From: a virus
Lineage: Duplodnaviria; Heunggongvirae; Uroviricota; Caudoviricetes
Virus record (IMG/VR): IMGVR_UViG_2897375277_000004
DNA: 30,827 nucleotides
Reading direction: 5' to 3' (one strand)
Part shown: piece after piece, positions 8,689 to 18,337 of the stretch
Position numbering within the stretch: position 1 is the first letter of the stretch
Layout: each line of letters opens with the position of its first letter
Made by a program: the position numbers and the translations under genes
Notes under the pieces: generated by a model
What the model was told of the DNA's origin: nothing
Seen by the model: only the letters and a program-made list of their open reading frames with translations
Databases searched by the model: none

Positions 8689-10505
8689 TATGCCAGCCTC
8701 ACAATATAGTTATACGCAACGTTTTTTACGGTGTTCTCTGAATTACCGGTGGCACTTACAGTGACGGTGTGACTATGTGCGCCAATCGCAATGGAATGGC
8801 TGTGAGCACCAATGCCAACCGTGTGATTATGCTGACCAATATCAACAGTATGGGCGTGCGCCCCGGCAGAGCTTGACACCTGGTTGTTTCCTGATACCTG
8901 TACGCGTTGTTTACCCCCGATGGAGTCACCACCGTAACGACCACCGACAGTGTGTGTATGCGCTCCCGTATTGTTTGTCGTTTTTGTGCCGTGGTTAAAC
9001 GTGCTGACCGTTTTTGTCCCGTAATCAAACGAACTGGTTGTTTTCGTCCCTAAATCCGTACTGGATGCACTGGCACTGTGGGTATGTGATTTAATTCCGT
9101 CCTGTTCCTGTGATAATACGGCGCGACCACTGGCGGGTTTGCCCTTGATTGTCCAGCCGCGCATATCTGGAATCACCCCTGACGGATAAGCTACTGCAAG
9201 CAGGGGATAGGCTGCTTTATCAAAAGTCTGCCCCTGCATCATGGCATAGCCTGTAGGTACTGAATCAGAAGGCCACGGGATTGGAGCACCTACCGGAAAT
9301 GAATCCTGCGGTGTCCATGGTGTCCAGCCACCCGTTGAATACTGGCTGCGGGTATAGCTTCTTGATGTGTTATAGACATAGTAAATTTGTGTTATTCCGG
9401 CATTTCTAAGCACAACCAGAGTACCTGCAAGATTCTCCGGGTATTTCAGCGATGCGCTTGTATTCGCATTCAGTGGCTGATGGTACAGTCCCGGCGTTTT
9501 GTAATTATCCAGATTCTGGTTTGCACCAATCCCAATACTCTGACCGTTAAAAATATCCTGCGATGTAATATTGACATCATTGGTCAGCGGTTTGCCATTG
9601 ACCTTACGCTCACCAGGAACGCGCCCGTTTGCATTGTCATTCGCGGCTTTAACCGCTTTTGGAGTCGCGGCAAGTGTTTCAGAATCGCTGTTAGTGGCGC
9701 TGCTTAACTGAACAATCCCTTTTCGTGCCGTGGTGGCGTCCTGTGCAGTGTATTTGCCATTAGCAAGGTCATATGCTGTCTTAACCGCCTTTGGCGTTGC
9801 TGCGAGCGTCTCAGATTCGCTGTTGATGGCACTACTTAGCTGAACAAGACCTTTTCGCCCCGTGCTGGCGTCCTGTGCGGTATATTTCCCGTTAGCAAGG
9901 TCATAGGCGTCCTTTACCGCTTTCGGCGTTGCGGCCAGTGTTTCAGACGTGCTGTTGGTCGCGCTGCTTAACTGAGTAAAACCTTTTGCGGTCAGCGAGG
10001 CGTCCGGGTGACGTCGTGACTGTTCGTGCTCTGCAATTTTGTCATCAACGTAATCCTGCGTCGCCATCACCGTTGTGGTGTCAATGGTCAGTTCCACTGA
10101 GGCCACACTGCTGACGATGATGACCATGCGGCAGGTCTGCGAACGCCCTGAGCCTTCGGCAAGGGCTGGCTTATAACTTTCGGCCATGTTCGCCACGGCA
10201 ATTAACGTTCCCGCATCATCGTACAGGCCAAGCTCACGCATCCAGAAACCGCCCACCTCCGGCGGGATAACCAGCTCTGCGATAATATAATTACTGTGTC
10301 GATTGTCCTGACTGATTTTATTCAGGGTATGTCGCCAGACCTCATTAACAAGTTTTGTCTGTCCGGCATCCGGGACAGGCAATTTACCACCACCATCCCC
10401 GACGGCCATCGTGGTAATGTTGACCTTCCGCCCTCCCGGCGCGGTTGCCGCTGCCAGCTTTGCTGCACCGGCAGTGGTGATAACGGTTTTGAATTTTGTG
10501 CTCAT
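8688..10505 (-). CDS. H: Tail fibre protein H
   Basis: 605-aa ORF; N-terminal part P2 H-like, three tandem ~44-aa [12 protein letters not shown] repeats, C-terminal part with six HxH motifs; shorter than P2 H (669 aa as recalled). Confidence 0.9.
   Translation of the reverse strand: MSTKFKTVITTAGAAKLAAATAPGGRKVNITTMAVGDGGGKLPVPDAGQTKLVNEVWRHTLNKISQDNRHSNYIIAELVIPPEVGGFWMRELGLYDDAGTLIAVANMAESYKPALAEGSGRSQTCRMVIIVSSVASVELTIDTTTVMATQDYVDDKIAEHEQSRRHPDASLTAKGFTQLSSATNSTSETLAATPKAVKDAYDLANGKYTAQDASTGRKGLVQLSSAINSESETLAATPKAVKTAYDLANGKYTAQDATTARKGIVQLSSATNSDSETLAATPKAVKAANDNANGRVPGERKVNGKPLTNDVNITSQDIFNGQSIGIGANQNLDNYKTPGLYHQPLNANTSASLKYPENLAGTLVVLRNAGITQIYYVYNTSRSYTRSQYSTGGWTPWTPQDSFPVGAPIPWPSDSVPTGYAMMQGQTFDKAAYPLLAVAYPSGVIPDMRGWTIKGKPASGRAVLSQEQDGIKSHTHSASASSTDLGTKTTSSFDYGTKTVSTFNHGTKTTNNTGAHTHTVGGRYGGDSIGGKQRVQVSGNNQVSSSAGAHAHTVDIGQHNHTVGIGAHSHSIAIGAHSHTVTVSATGNSENTVKNVAYNYIVRLA
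9620..10000. repeat. Three tandem imperfect ~132-bp repeats inside H (encode ...[33 protein letters not shown]...)
   Basis: Repeat visible both in DNA and in the translated protein (aa ~170-296). Confidence 0.7.
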
Positions 10506-10515
10506 TATTCCTCAC

Positions 10516-11046
10516 TTATCCGGGGTAAACCGTAATTACATCGCCGTCGTAAGCCACACCACCGGCGAACAGGTGGCCGGGAATGTCCTGGGTAATGTTC
10601 AGACCAATAAGGTGACGGCTTGCAGGTTTGGCATCAGCAATCAGCCTCTCCATTTCCAGATACATTTCCTCTGTGATGCCGCTTTCCAGTACACCAATAT
10701 CAAGCCGGAAGGTGCCGGGCGGGTCACTGTTTTCCCACCACTCCGTCACGTTGATGAGATAGCCGAGCGGCTCCACCACACGCCGGATTGCGCCGATAGT
10801 GCCTTTATGACAGTGGATGAAATAGGCATCGCGGATAACGGCGCGTTTTGTCGCTTCCGGCCACTTTTCATCCCACCTGTCGACCGAAAACGCCCACGCC
10901 AGCCACGGCAGCAGATTTGCCGGGCAGGTGTCCGGGTTCCACAGCTCACGAATACTGACCGGTGTTTTTTCAATTTCCGCACAGGCTTTTGCGGCGGCGA
11001 CCTCAAGCGGTGATGAGCCGGTCGGCAGCAGTCGCGAATCACTCAT
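10516..11046 (-). CDS. I: Baseplate assembly protein I
   Basis: 176-aa ORF; P2 gpI length and position; overlaps J by 8 nt. Confidence 0.9.
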   Translation of the reverse strand: MSDSRLLPTGSSPLEVAAAKACAEIEKTPVSIRELWNPDTCPANLLPWLAWAFSVDRWDEKWPEATKRAVIRDAYFIHCHKGTIGAIRRVVEPLGYLINVTEWWENSDPPGTFRLDIGVLESGITEEMYLEMERLIADAKPASRHLIGLNITQDIPGHLFAGGVAYDGDVITVYPG

Positions 11047-11947
11047 CCGAGCCTCCGGTCACGACGCGGTATTCGGTACAGAAAGACGCCTGCGTACTGT
11101 TGAGCACGATGTCGGCCAGTGGTGAAGCCAGTTCAACACGCTGCACGCCTTCCACATGCAAAGCGGCATAAATGGCAGACAGACGGATGTCGCGCCCCAG
11201 CCGGTGCTGTGCCGTGATGTACGCTTCCAGTTTTTTCACGGCAGCAGCGCGGATGGGTTCGCTTTCAGGACCTGGGTAAAGGTAAAGCGTGGCGTTTATC
11301 TGATATTCAACAATGGCGGCAGACTGCACGGTCACGCGGTCGGCCACCGGCCTGACGTCCTCGCCATTAAGGGCGTTACGCACCACGGCCAGCAGGTCTT
11401 CGGATGCGACGCCGTTATTTTCACGTGACAGCACAGAGATGGTGACGCAGGCCGGAGACGGACTGGTGACAGAGATATCCGCGACACGCCCGTCGGCACT
11501 GCGACCATGATACTGATAGGCACCCACCGACCCGGCGACGCTTAAGCCCTCAAACGCCTGCTGAATACGCAGACGATAATCGGTGTCAGACTCCATCACT
11601 GCCGGTGTCGGCGGAATGGTCGAATCATCTTCCGGGGTGATAGTCAGGCGCGTGGTGTTGTAATTGGCACCAATCACATCAAGGTCATTACCGGCTGCAC
11701 AGGCCAGCATCACCGCCCGTGCAGCCTCATTCACACGCTGACGCCAGATAAGCTCACGATAAGCATTTTCCTCCAGCAGTTTGACGAGAGGCTCAGATTC
11801 CAGCGTCAGGGTACGGGCGACCGCCTCCTGCTGGTCTTCCGGGTAAAGGGAAATCAGTGTCGCCTTGCGTTCGGCGAGAATGGTTTCAAAGTCCAGCTCC
11901 TCGACCACATCCGGTGCAGGTAGCTGGTTCAGGTCGATAATCGGCAT
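11039..11947 (-). CDS. J: Baseplate assembly protein J
   Basis: 302-aa ORF; P2 gpJ length and position. Confidence 0.9.
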   Translation of the reverse strand: MPIIDLNQLPAPDVVEELDFETILAERKATLISLYPEDQQEAVARTLTLESEPLVKLLEENAYRELIWRQRVNEAARAVMLACAAGNDLDVIGANYNTTRLTITPEDDSTIPPTPAVMESDTDYRLRIQQAFEGLSVAGSVGAYQYHGRSADGRVADISVTSPSPACVTISVLSRENNGVASEDLLAVVRNALNGEDVRPVADRVTVQSAAIVEYQINATLYLYPGPESEPIRAAAVKKLEAYITAQHRLGRDIRLSAIYAALHVEGVQRVELASPLADIVLNSTQASFCTEYRVVTGGSDE

Positions 11948-11951
11948 GGTT

Positions 11952-12299
11952 TCAACTCACAGGGATGTTTAACGAAAGTGGCTGGCCGGTGTCGTTGTGC
12001 TGGCCGGTTAACGTAACTCTCATTCGCCCGTCAAAACTGCGCTCAGTGGTGACGGATGACAGGGTGACGCGGGGTTCCCATTTCAGCACCGCCATGTAAC
12101 AGGCGACCTTAATCTGCAACTCAAGCGCCGGGGTCTGCGGCTGGTCAATCATTGACGCCAGCAATGAGCCGTAATCACGACGCATCACCCGTGAGCCGAC
12201 CGGCGTGCGCAGGATATCACCGATACTCTGGCTGATATGCTCAAGGTCAGTGACAGTCAGGCCATCACTGCGATTCATTCCGAGATAACGCGCAGTCAT
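11952..12299 (-). CDS. W: Baseplate assembly protein W
   Basis: 115-aa ORF; P2 gpW length; 4-nt overlap with V. Confidence 0.9.
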   Translation of the reverse strand: MTARYLGMNRSDGLTVTDLEHISQSIGDILRTPVGSRVMRRDYGSLLASMIDQPQTPALELQIKVACYMAVLKWEPRVTLSSVTTERSFDGRMRVTLTGQHNDTGQPLSLNIPVS

Positions 12300-12931
12300 A
12301 GAGGTCCCCCTGTTGTGCCGCCACTGTCGCCGGGGTGTTTATGGGTATGCAGTACCTTACCGTTTGATGAGAGTTCACCGCCGGTGTGTTCAATGTTGCC
12401 GCGCATCGTCCCGCCCTTCTGTACTTCCAGCGTGCCGGTAATCAGCCTGTTGGTGCAGACCACCTCCGGTGTGTCCAGGGTGACGCGGGTTGACGCTTTC
12501 ACCATGACCACCGGCACCGTGGCGGTAACAGAATCAGAAGCCGTCACGCTGGCCGTTTTAATTCCGCTTACCGTCAGTGCACTGGTTTCGGGTTCATACT
12601 CAATCACCGCCCCGTCAGGGAAACGGATATGCAGGGCATCCGCCGACGCAGACGGCGCGGGGTTATCACCGGAATAAATTCCCGGCAGAACAAACGCCGT
12701 GTCAAGTTCACCGCCCACGGCCAGAATCAGCACCTGCTCCCCCACGGAAGGTGCCCACCATGTGCGCGAACGCCCGGCACGACAGGTCAGCCACTGAAGC
12801 CAGTCGGTGCACATACCGCCGGTCTGCACACGGCAGCGACCGGCGTTAAGGTCGGTTTCAACGATAATGCCGGTGCGGATCATGTTGCGCAGTGCGCGCG
12901 CGAGTTCCTGAATATTTGCGAGAGTGTTCAT
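12296..12931 (-). CDS. V: Baseplate spike protein V
   Basis: 211-aa ORF; P2 gpV length; first gene of V-W-J-I-H-G operon. Confidence 0.9.
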   Translation of the reverse strand: MNTLANIQELARALRNMIRTGIIVETDLNAGRCRVQTGGMCTDWLQWLTCRAGRSRTWWAPSVGEQVLILAVGGELDTAFVLPGIYSGDNPAPSASADALHIRFPDGAVIEYEPETSALTVSGIKTASVTASDSVTATVPVVMVKASTRVTLDTPEVVCTNRLITGTLEVQKGGTMRGNIEHTGGELSSNGKVLHTHKHPGDSGGTTGGPL

Positions 12932-12942
12932 AACGGGAAGGA

Positions 12943-12966
12943 TGCCGCCGGGTCATACCGGCGGCA
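12943..12966 (-). other. GC-rich hairpin between S and V (9-bp stem, 6-nt loop); possible attenuator or RNA-stability element
   Basis: Stem TGCCGCCGG / CCGGCGGCA read directly; no clear U-tract follows on the minus strand, so not called as a terminator. Confidence 0.4.
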
Positions 12967-12997
12967 ATGTGACGATGAGGTGTCAGGAATGGCACAA

Positions 12998-13450
12998 CTA
13001 ACGGTCGAGGTGAGCCAGAATAATCTCTTCAATCATCTGCACATCCTCACCGGTAAAGCCGAGCAGAGGACGCGCCGGATAATCAATTTTCTTACCGTCT
13101 TTCCGGGTTTCTTCCGACAGACCGAACTGATGCACGCTGGCGATTTTCGGTGACTTCCCGCCGTAAAACTCCATTGATGCCTGTTCCGGGCTGGCGCGGA
13201 TATGCAAAAAACGACTGGTGATAAGTTTCGCAAACATTTTTCGCTTAACACGACCGGTCTTTTTTCTGGCGCTCTGCTGCTGGCGTGGCGCGTAGGGTGT
13301 GCCGTCCGGGGCTTTCTGAGCCATCACCCGACGCTGCTGACTCTGCCGCAGACGTTTCGCCAGTTCGGCACTCAGTCGCCGACGCCCTGACGGTGACAGC
13401 GACTCAATCAGTCCGGTCAGCCGGTCTTCAAAACGCTTAAACTCATTCAT
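12998..13450 (-). CDS. S: Tail completion protein S
   Basis: 150-aa ORF; P2 gpS length and position. Confidence 0.88.
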   Translation of the reverse strand: MNEFKRFEDRLTGLIESLSPSGRRRLSAELAKRLRQSQQRRVMAQKAPDGTPYAPRQQQSARKKTGRVKRKMFAKLITSRFLHIRASPEQASMEFYGGKSPKIASVHQFGLSEETRKDGKKIDYPARPLLGFTGEDVQMIEEIILAHLDR

Positions 13451-13910
13451 CCCACTTGCTCACCAGTTCGCCATTGATATAAAGCTCCATCGGGCGGGTG
13501 ACCGACTCCGGCGGCGGGGGTTCCGGGATATTCTTCACATGCAGTGCGCCGTCGACCTCACTGACCAGCGTGCGCTCGGTCAGCATCAGGCTGATGCTGA
13601 CATCAAAGCTGCTGTCATTGTTGATGTCTGCATAAAACGTGAAGCCCTTTTTCTGGCCTTCGTCGGTGGTCATGATGTCGGGCTGATTTTCCCGCAGCCA
13701 CGCCAGTACCGGCACGATGAGCAGGTCAAAATCACCGGTAAAGTCGGTCACAATGACATTGAGCGTGTAACGCTTTTCGAATGACAACGACGCCGCCAGC
13801 GTGGAGGCAATACTCCCGTTATCCACGAATATCCGCAGCATATCGGGGTTAGTTTTCAGCACCGTGACGGCATCAGTCAGCGCCCTGCGCAGGCTGTCGG
13901 GTTTGAGCAT
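13443..13910 (-). CDS. R: Tail completion protein R
   Basis: 155-aa ORF; P2 gpR length and position. Confidence 0.88.
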   Translation of the reverse strand: MLKPDSLRRALTDAVTVLKTNPDMLRIFVDNGSIASTLAASLSFEKRYTLNVIVTDFTGDFDLLIVPVLAWLRENQPDIMTTDEGQKKGFTFYADINNDSSFDVSISLMLTERTLVSEVDGALHVKNIPEPPPPESVTRPMELYINGELVSKWDE

Positions 13911-14163
13911 CGTTTTCGTCCTGACAGTGTTTAATCATTTTTACCTGGCTGGCACAGCGTGCCAGCGCGTTCTCAAGCTGCCGGATATCAGCACTTAAAT
14001 CGCCGTTCGTCTGCGGGTCACTGCCCGGCATCGGGCAAAGGCTCACTTTCGGGCAGGCGTTGGCGACAATCACTGGCGTCGGTGCAGGCCGGGCGCTGGT
14101 GCAACCGGCGCACAGCATCAGGCAGGCCAGCGCCGTACCAGCGGCGAAAATCTTCGTTTTCAT
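13873..14163 (-). CDS. lysC: LysC, Rz1-like outer-membrane spanin lipoprotein
   Basis: 96-aa ORF starting inside the 3' end of lysB in another frame; N-terminal hydrophobic signal with Cys (MKTKIFAAGTALACLMLCAGC), Pro-rich body. Confidence 0.7.
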   Translation of the reverse strand: MKTKIFAAGTALACLMLCAGCTSARPAPTPVIVANACPKVSLCPMPGSDPQTNGDLSADIRQLENALARCASQVKMIKHCQDENDAQTRQPAQGAD

Positions 14164-14443
14164 TCAGTAACCTCGTGATGGTTTTCTCGCGCTGTGCTTC
14201 ACGCTTCGCCGCGTTCTCCAGTTCCTGACGCAGTGCCACCTGCGCCAGCTCGTTTTTGTCTGCTCTGGTGAGGGCAACATGAAGCTGATTTTTCAGCATG
14301 GTGATGGTCGTCTGCTGCCCGTTGGCGACGTTGTTCGCCCTGTCCAGCGAGGTGCGCAGGCTGGCGTTTTCATGCTTCGCCAGAAACAGACCGGCCACCG
14401 CCAGTGATAACAACACAACCAGCACAATCATCAGCTTTGACAT
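14018..14443 (-). CDS. lysB: LysB, Rz-like inner-membrane spanin
   Basis: 141-aa ORF with N-terminal transmembrane segment and coiled-coil body; lysC nested at its 3' end. Confidence 0.8.
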   Translation of the reverse strand: MSKLMIVLVVLLSLAVAGLFLAKHENASLRTSLDRANNVANGQQTTITMLKNQLHVALTRADKNELAQVALRQELENAAKREAQREKTITRLLNENEDFRRWYGAGLPDAVRRLHQRPACTDASDCRQRLPESEPLPDAGQ

Positions 14444-14856
14444 GGTTCCCGCCCCTCAAAACGCTGACGACAGGCCGTGCGTATCAACCGGAAGAACACC
14501 GACGCCACGAGGTAAATCAGCGCGGTAAAAATCCACCCGGCAGCGACCAGCGAGATAAACGTCGCCACCATCACTACCAGAGCCGCCGCCCGTCTGCGCC
14601 ACGGCACCGGCTGCAAAAACAGCGACGTGACAATCTTCACGGCCAGCGATTCCGGCGGCAGCTCCCGCCCGTAGCGTTCCAGTACATACTCTGTGGCATA
14701 CACGCCGACACCACCGGCAACCACACAGATAACCGTCGCCAGAATCGCCCAGGCGGCGACAAAACTGACGGCCACGCTCTGCGGGTAAATCAGGGACAGT
14801 GCCAGCATCAGCGCCAGCGACACGTTCAGCATCAGTGAAAGGGATAATTTCTTCAT
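14431..14856 (-). CDS. lysA: LysA lysis-timing membrane protein
   Basis: 141-aa ORF with four hydrophobic segments; P2 lysA length and position. Confidence 0.8.
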   Translation of the reverse strand: MKKLSLSLMLNVSLALMLALSLIYPQSVAVSFVAAWAILATVICVVAGGVGVYATEYVLERYGRELPPESLAVKIVTSLFLQPVPWRRRAAALVVMVATFISLVAAGWIFTALIYLVASVFFRLIRTACRQRFEGREPCQS

Positions 14857-14870
14857 GGTGTTTACTCCGT

Positions 14871-15368
14871 TTAAGCCGGTACACCGCCAGCGGTACGCCA
14901 GACGGTGACCAGTTTTTCCAGTGAATGCTCACGCTGACCGTAACCGGCACCCGGCAGGGACGCCCAGATATTGCGACAGCGTGAAATGGCGCGCTCAATG
15001 CGTCCCGCCCGGATGTCATCCAGTGCACCGCGTTCGCGGATCAACTGAATGGCGAGCCTGTCCTGTGACAACGGACTGAAATCCGGCAGGGCAAGCTGTT
15101 TGCGGTAATGCGGCCAGAACAGGTAAAGCTGCTGATAGCGACCGGAGGCCGTGGATTTTTCACCGCGACGGTTAAACACCTTCGCCGGTCGGCCATACGC
15201 GAACGGGTGGTCACTGTAGTCGGTGAAAATTTCCGGCTTCCCGTCCAGTCCGGTGACTATCACGTCATAGCCCCGGTTTTTCGTCAGCGGATGATTCGCC
15301 GTCCCTTCGGACACGGCCAGCATGTCGAGAAAGGCCGCGATATTCTGATGCGTGTTAATCACCGGCAT
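14871..15368 (-). CDS. K: Endolysin K (lysozyme-like)
   Basis: 165-aa ORF following the holin; P2 gpK length and position. Confidence 0.9.
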   Translation of the reverse strand: MPVINTHQNIAAFLDMLAVSEGTANHPLTKNRGYDVIVTGLDGKPEIFTDYSDHPFAYGRPAKVFNRRGEKSTASGRYQQLYLFWPHYRKQLALPDFSPLSQDRLAIQLIRERGALDDIRAGRIERAISRCRNIWASLPGAGYGQREHSLEKLVTVWRTAGGVPA

Positions 15369-15649
15369 TACTGTTTCCCCCTGCCCTTAAAGCGGCGCTG
15401 AATGGCAATCTCAATCACCTGATAACCGGCGATACCCAGCATGGAGCCGATGCCGCACACCGCAGGCAGTGACAGGTCAGGAAACTGCACCAGAACAACA
15501 CCGGCAACCATCGAGACAAAACCACCGAGCAACATGCGCCCGATAAACAGACGCGGGGTGATAGGTTCACCACCGGCAAGCACCTTGCCGACAACAATCA
15601 GCACCCCAATCATGAAAAGCGACAGGACGCTTTTTTCTTCTGCTGTCAT
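15368..15649 (-). CDS. Y: Holin Y
   Basis: 93-aa ORF with transmembrane segments and basic C-terminus (RRFKGRGKQ); P2 gpY length. Confidence 0.88.
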   Translation of the reverse strand: MTAEEKSVLSLFMIGVLIVVGKVLAGGEPITPRLFIGRMLLGGFVSMVAGVVLVQFPDLSLPAVCGIGSMLGIAGYQVIEIAIQRRFKGRGKQ

Positions 15650-15652
15650 GCG

Positions 15653-15856
15653 TTACTCCCACAGATTGACAGTTTCAGCCACGGGCGCGGTCTGAACGTC
15701 GGGCAGTTCGACGGCGGTGCCGTGCGGCAGCACCGCACCCAGTTCAGCCAGTCCCGGATTTGCGGCGAGCACGGTCTCAACCACGCCCTCAGTGCGCCCG
15801 TAATACCGGACACAGATGGCGTCGAGCGTGTCGCCCTGTAGCGCAAAGGTCTTCAT
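15653..15856 (-). CDS. X: Tail protein X
   Basis: 67-aa product from internal Met (MKTFALQGDTLDAICVRYYGR...); its ATG overlaps the L stop. Confidence 0.85.
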   Translation of the reverse strand: MKTFALQGDTLDAICVRYYGRTEGVVETVLAANPGLAELGAVLPHGTAVELPDVQTAPVAETVNLWE

Positions 15857-16365
15857 CAGATTTGACTCACGATGCAGCGCGGCTTGTCCTGGATGCGCGC
15901 CACTGCCCAGCGCATATCCCGCCACAGCTCATCAATGGTGCTGTCAATGCTGTCGGCCTTCTTGTCGCCTTTGGCGCTGGCATCCACGCCGCGATAACGC
16001 TCATAAAGCGACGCGGTCGCCATCGCACACACGGCGCGCTCGTAGTAAAAAACCCTGATGCTTTCACCGTCGATGTCGTCCGCCGGGACGTCCGCCAGAC
16101 GCGTAAAACCGGCAGCAATTTTCTGTTCGCGGTACTCGTACAGCTCCGCATTCGTCTCCGCCATGCCTGACTTGATGGCCTCACGCAGACGGGCGGGGGC
16201 GACGGTCTGCTCAAGGCGCATACGTTCCCGGACGCGCTTCGGGTCGATATCGGGAAAAAAGAACGTGTTTTTAATCACCGGCTCGTCGCCTGCCGGTTGC
16301 GGGATGACCACCGTACCCTCACCGGATACAGGAGCCTCCTTTCGCGGAATAATCAGCGTCATCAT
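15856..16365 (-). CDS. L: Head completion protein L
   Basis: 169-aa product from Met-Met at 16365 preceded by a GAGG SD; P2 gpL length. Confidence 0.88.
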   Translation of the reverse strand: MMTLIIPRKEAPVSGEGTVVIPQPAGDEPVIKNTFFFPDIDPKRVRERMRLEQTVAPARLREAIKSGMAETNAELYEYREQKIAAGFTRLADVPADDIDGESIRVFYYERAVCAMATASLYERYRGVDASAKGDKKADSIDSTIDELWRDMRWAVARIQDKPRCIVSQI

Positions 16366-16464
16366 AACTACCTCTGAAAAGTCGGGCGGTGGACGCCGGT
16401 ACAGTGTCAGGTGATTCACCCTCACTGACCGGCGTGCCGCCCTGGCGCGGGGCGCATTCGGTTG

Positions 16465-17202
16465 TTAACTGGCTTTCTTTTTCGGGCGTCCACGTTTTGC
16501 CGGTGTCACGCTCCGGGTCTTACGCGGGGCGCGGGTGACCGCTTTTGGCTCCGGCTTCGGTTTCAGCTCCCGCTCCAGTCGTTCAATCTCTTTTTTGACG
16601 CCTGCCTGACAGTCGAGCTGTGTCGCACGTTGCAGGTGCGCCAGCGCACCGGCGGCATCACCACCGTCACGCAGAAACAGACCGGTGATTTTGTGCAGCT
16701 TTGCGCGCACTTCATCAGGCATGTCAGCCGTGGCAGTCAGTTCAAGGGTGTCCGTCAGCAGGCGGGTATCCACAGACTCACCGGCAGCGTGGGCGCGCAT
16801 GGCCGCAAGTGCGACCTCCTCGGTGAACATGTACGGCGGGGTACGGCGGTGTTTACCCGGCATGGTCAGACCGTACTTCAGGGCATAACGGGCAATCTCC
16901 AGCGCACCGGCAATATCGCCGGTATCCAGACGCCACAGCATGACCGTCATCAGAATGTCATCCTGTGCACCTTTGCCCTGCTCCAGCACGCCGTTCACCC
17001 ACGGCAACCAGAACGGCAGCAGTTCGCGTTTTTTCGCGGCCTTCAGCTCTTTTGAATAAATCGCTTTCAGTGTGCGCTGGTCTGCGGCGAGCTTAACCAG
17101 CATCTGCTCATAGACAGTTGCATGTCGCAGCGGGGCGGCTTCCCGCTGCGCGGTCATCGCTGCCGAGACCCGCATCATGTGGCGCTGTGCGGGACTCGTC
17201 AT
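16465..17202 (-). CDS. M: Terminase endonuclease (small) subunit M
   Basis: 245-aa ORF with basic C-terminal tail; P2 gpM position. Confidence 0.9.
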   Translation of the reverse strand: MTSPAQRHMMRVSAAMTAQREAAPLRHATVYEQMLVKLAADQRTLKAIYSKELKAAKKRELLPFWLPWVNGVLEQGKGAQDDILMTVMLWRLDTGDIAGALEIARYALKYGLTMPGKHRRTPPYMFTEEVALAAMRAHAAGESVDTRLLTDTLELTATADMPDEVRAKLHKITGLFLRDGGDAAGALAHLQRATQLDCQAGVKKEIERLERELKPKPEPKAVTRAPRKTRSVTPAKRGRPKKKAS

Positions 17203-17205
17203 CGG

Positions 17206-18279
17206 TTACGCTCCCGGCTCTGCGGTCGCTTTAGCCAGTGTGGAGAAATCACCGACCTTAATTTTTTCCACCAGACAACCGGCGGCGTAGTCTTCCACCA
17301 CGTAATCAATGTTCATTGACTCGTAGTTCTCCACGCGGTCGAGTTTCGGGTTTTCCTCAATCACGCGGCGATGGCTGTCATCCATGTAGTAGATGGACAG
17401 GTTTTCCAGCTTTGTGATGAGCATCGCATCCGCCGGGAAGTACGGGACGCGTACCGCCGGCAGGTTACCGATGCGTTTCTGGCTGATGATGACGTCAGCG
17501 GCCAGCATTTCGCTGTTGTCCTGCTCCTTGTTGACGATGGGAAAATACTTGTCCGCCAGTAGCTGACGTCCCACAATCACCACAAGGTCAGGGTCTTCCT
17601 GATACCACGGCTCAATCAGGTTGTTGGTCGCATCCATCACCAGTGCGTCAAGGCTGGCATAATCACCGCCCTTACCCACGCGGATAACCTCAGAGGTGGT
17701 GTGCCCTTCCTCGTCAGTGACCTTGCTCATCACGCGCGCCGGGGCTTCATTGCGGTATTTCTGCAGCCAGCCGACCGCCACATCCTGCAGCATCGGATTG
17801 CTGCTGCGGTCAGAGGTTTCGGCACGCCTCACGCCGTTAAAACCGGCCATGATTAAATCAAGGGACTGGCGTTTGATAATGGCGTTACGGACACGGAGCT
17901 GGAAATCCTGATAACGCGCCCACAGGTCCAGCGTTTTGTAGCGGATATAAAAATCGAAGTTAATCTGGTCGCATTCGTACTTGTTTGACGCCAGCTTCGA
18001 GAAGTCCTTCGGCTGACGCTCGGTGCCACCGGCGGTGTCGGTGGTGCTGGCGATGGAGCCGGTGACACCGATGCCAATTTTTTCCCCTTTCATTTCGCTG
18101 ACCGGCACAATGTTGATGCGGGTCAGAAAGTCAGAGGACTCCTGCATGGTGTTCATCAGGGTCTGGGTGACCGACGGTTCAACGGTGAATTTTTTCGACA
18201 CATCACCGGCGTCGATGCCGTTCAGTTCGGCAACACGGGACAGGTAGGCATTAAATTTAAAGCGGGTTTCCTGGCGCAT
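17206..18279 (-). CDS. N: Major capsid protein N
   Basis: 357-aa ORF; P2 gpN length and position. Confidence 0.92.
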   Translation of the reverse strand: MRQETRFKFNAYLSRVAELNGIDAGDVSKKFTVEPSVTQTLMNTMQESSDFLTRINIVPVSEMKGEKIGIGVTGSIASTTDTAGGTERQPKDFSKLASNKYECDQINFDFYIRYKTLDLWARYQDFQLRVRNAIIKRQSLDLIMAGFNGVRRAETSDRSSNPMLQDVAVGWLQKYRNEAPARVMSKVTDEEGHTTSEVIRVGKGGDYASLDALVMDATNNLIEPWYQEDPDLVVIVGRQLLADKYFPIVNKEQDNSEMLAADVIISQKRIGNLPAVRVPYFPADAMLITKLENLSIYYMDDSHRRVIEENPKLDRVENYESMNIDYVVEDYAAGCLVEKIKVGDFSTLAKATAEPGA

Positions 18280-18337
18280 AGTTTTTCCTGAAATTAAGGG
18301 TTAATCGTGAAGGTTTTCCCGGACTGACTGACGCCGG

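Noticed and set aside
10411-11013. 200-aa plus-strand ORF over the H/I junction
   Set aside because: Antisense to baseplate gene I and the tail fibre 5' end; no start context.
14456-16214. Alternative-frame ORFs across the lysis/head-completion region (14456..15028, 14404..14838, 15867..16214, 15760..16170)
   Set aside because: Overlap the well-defined lysA/K/Y/X/L genes; Arg/Cys-rich low-complexity translations.
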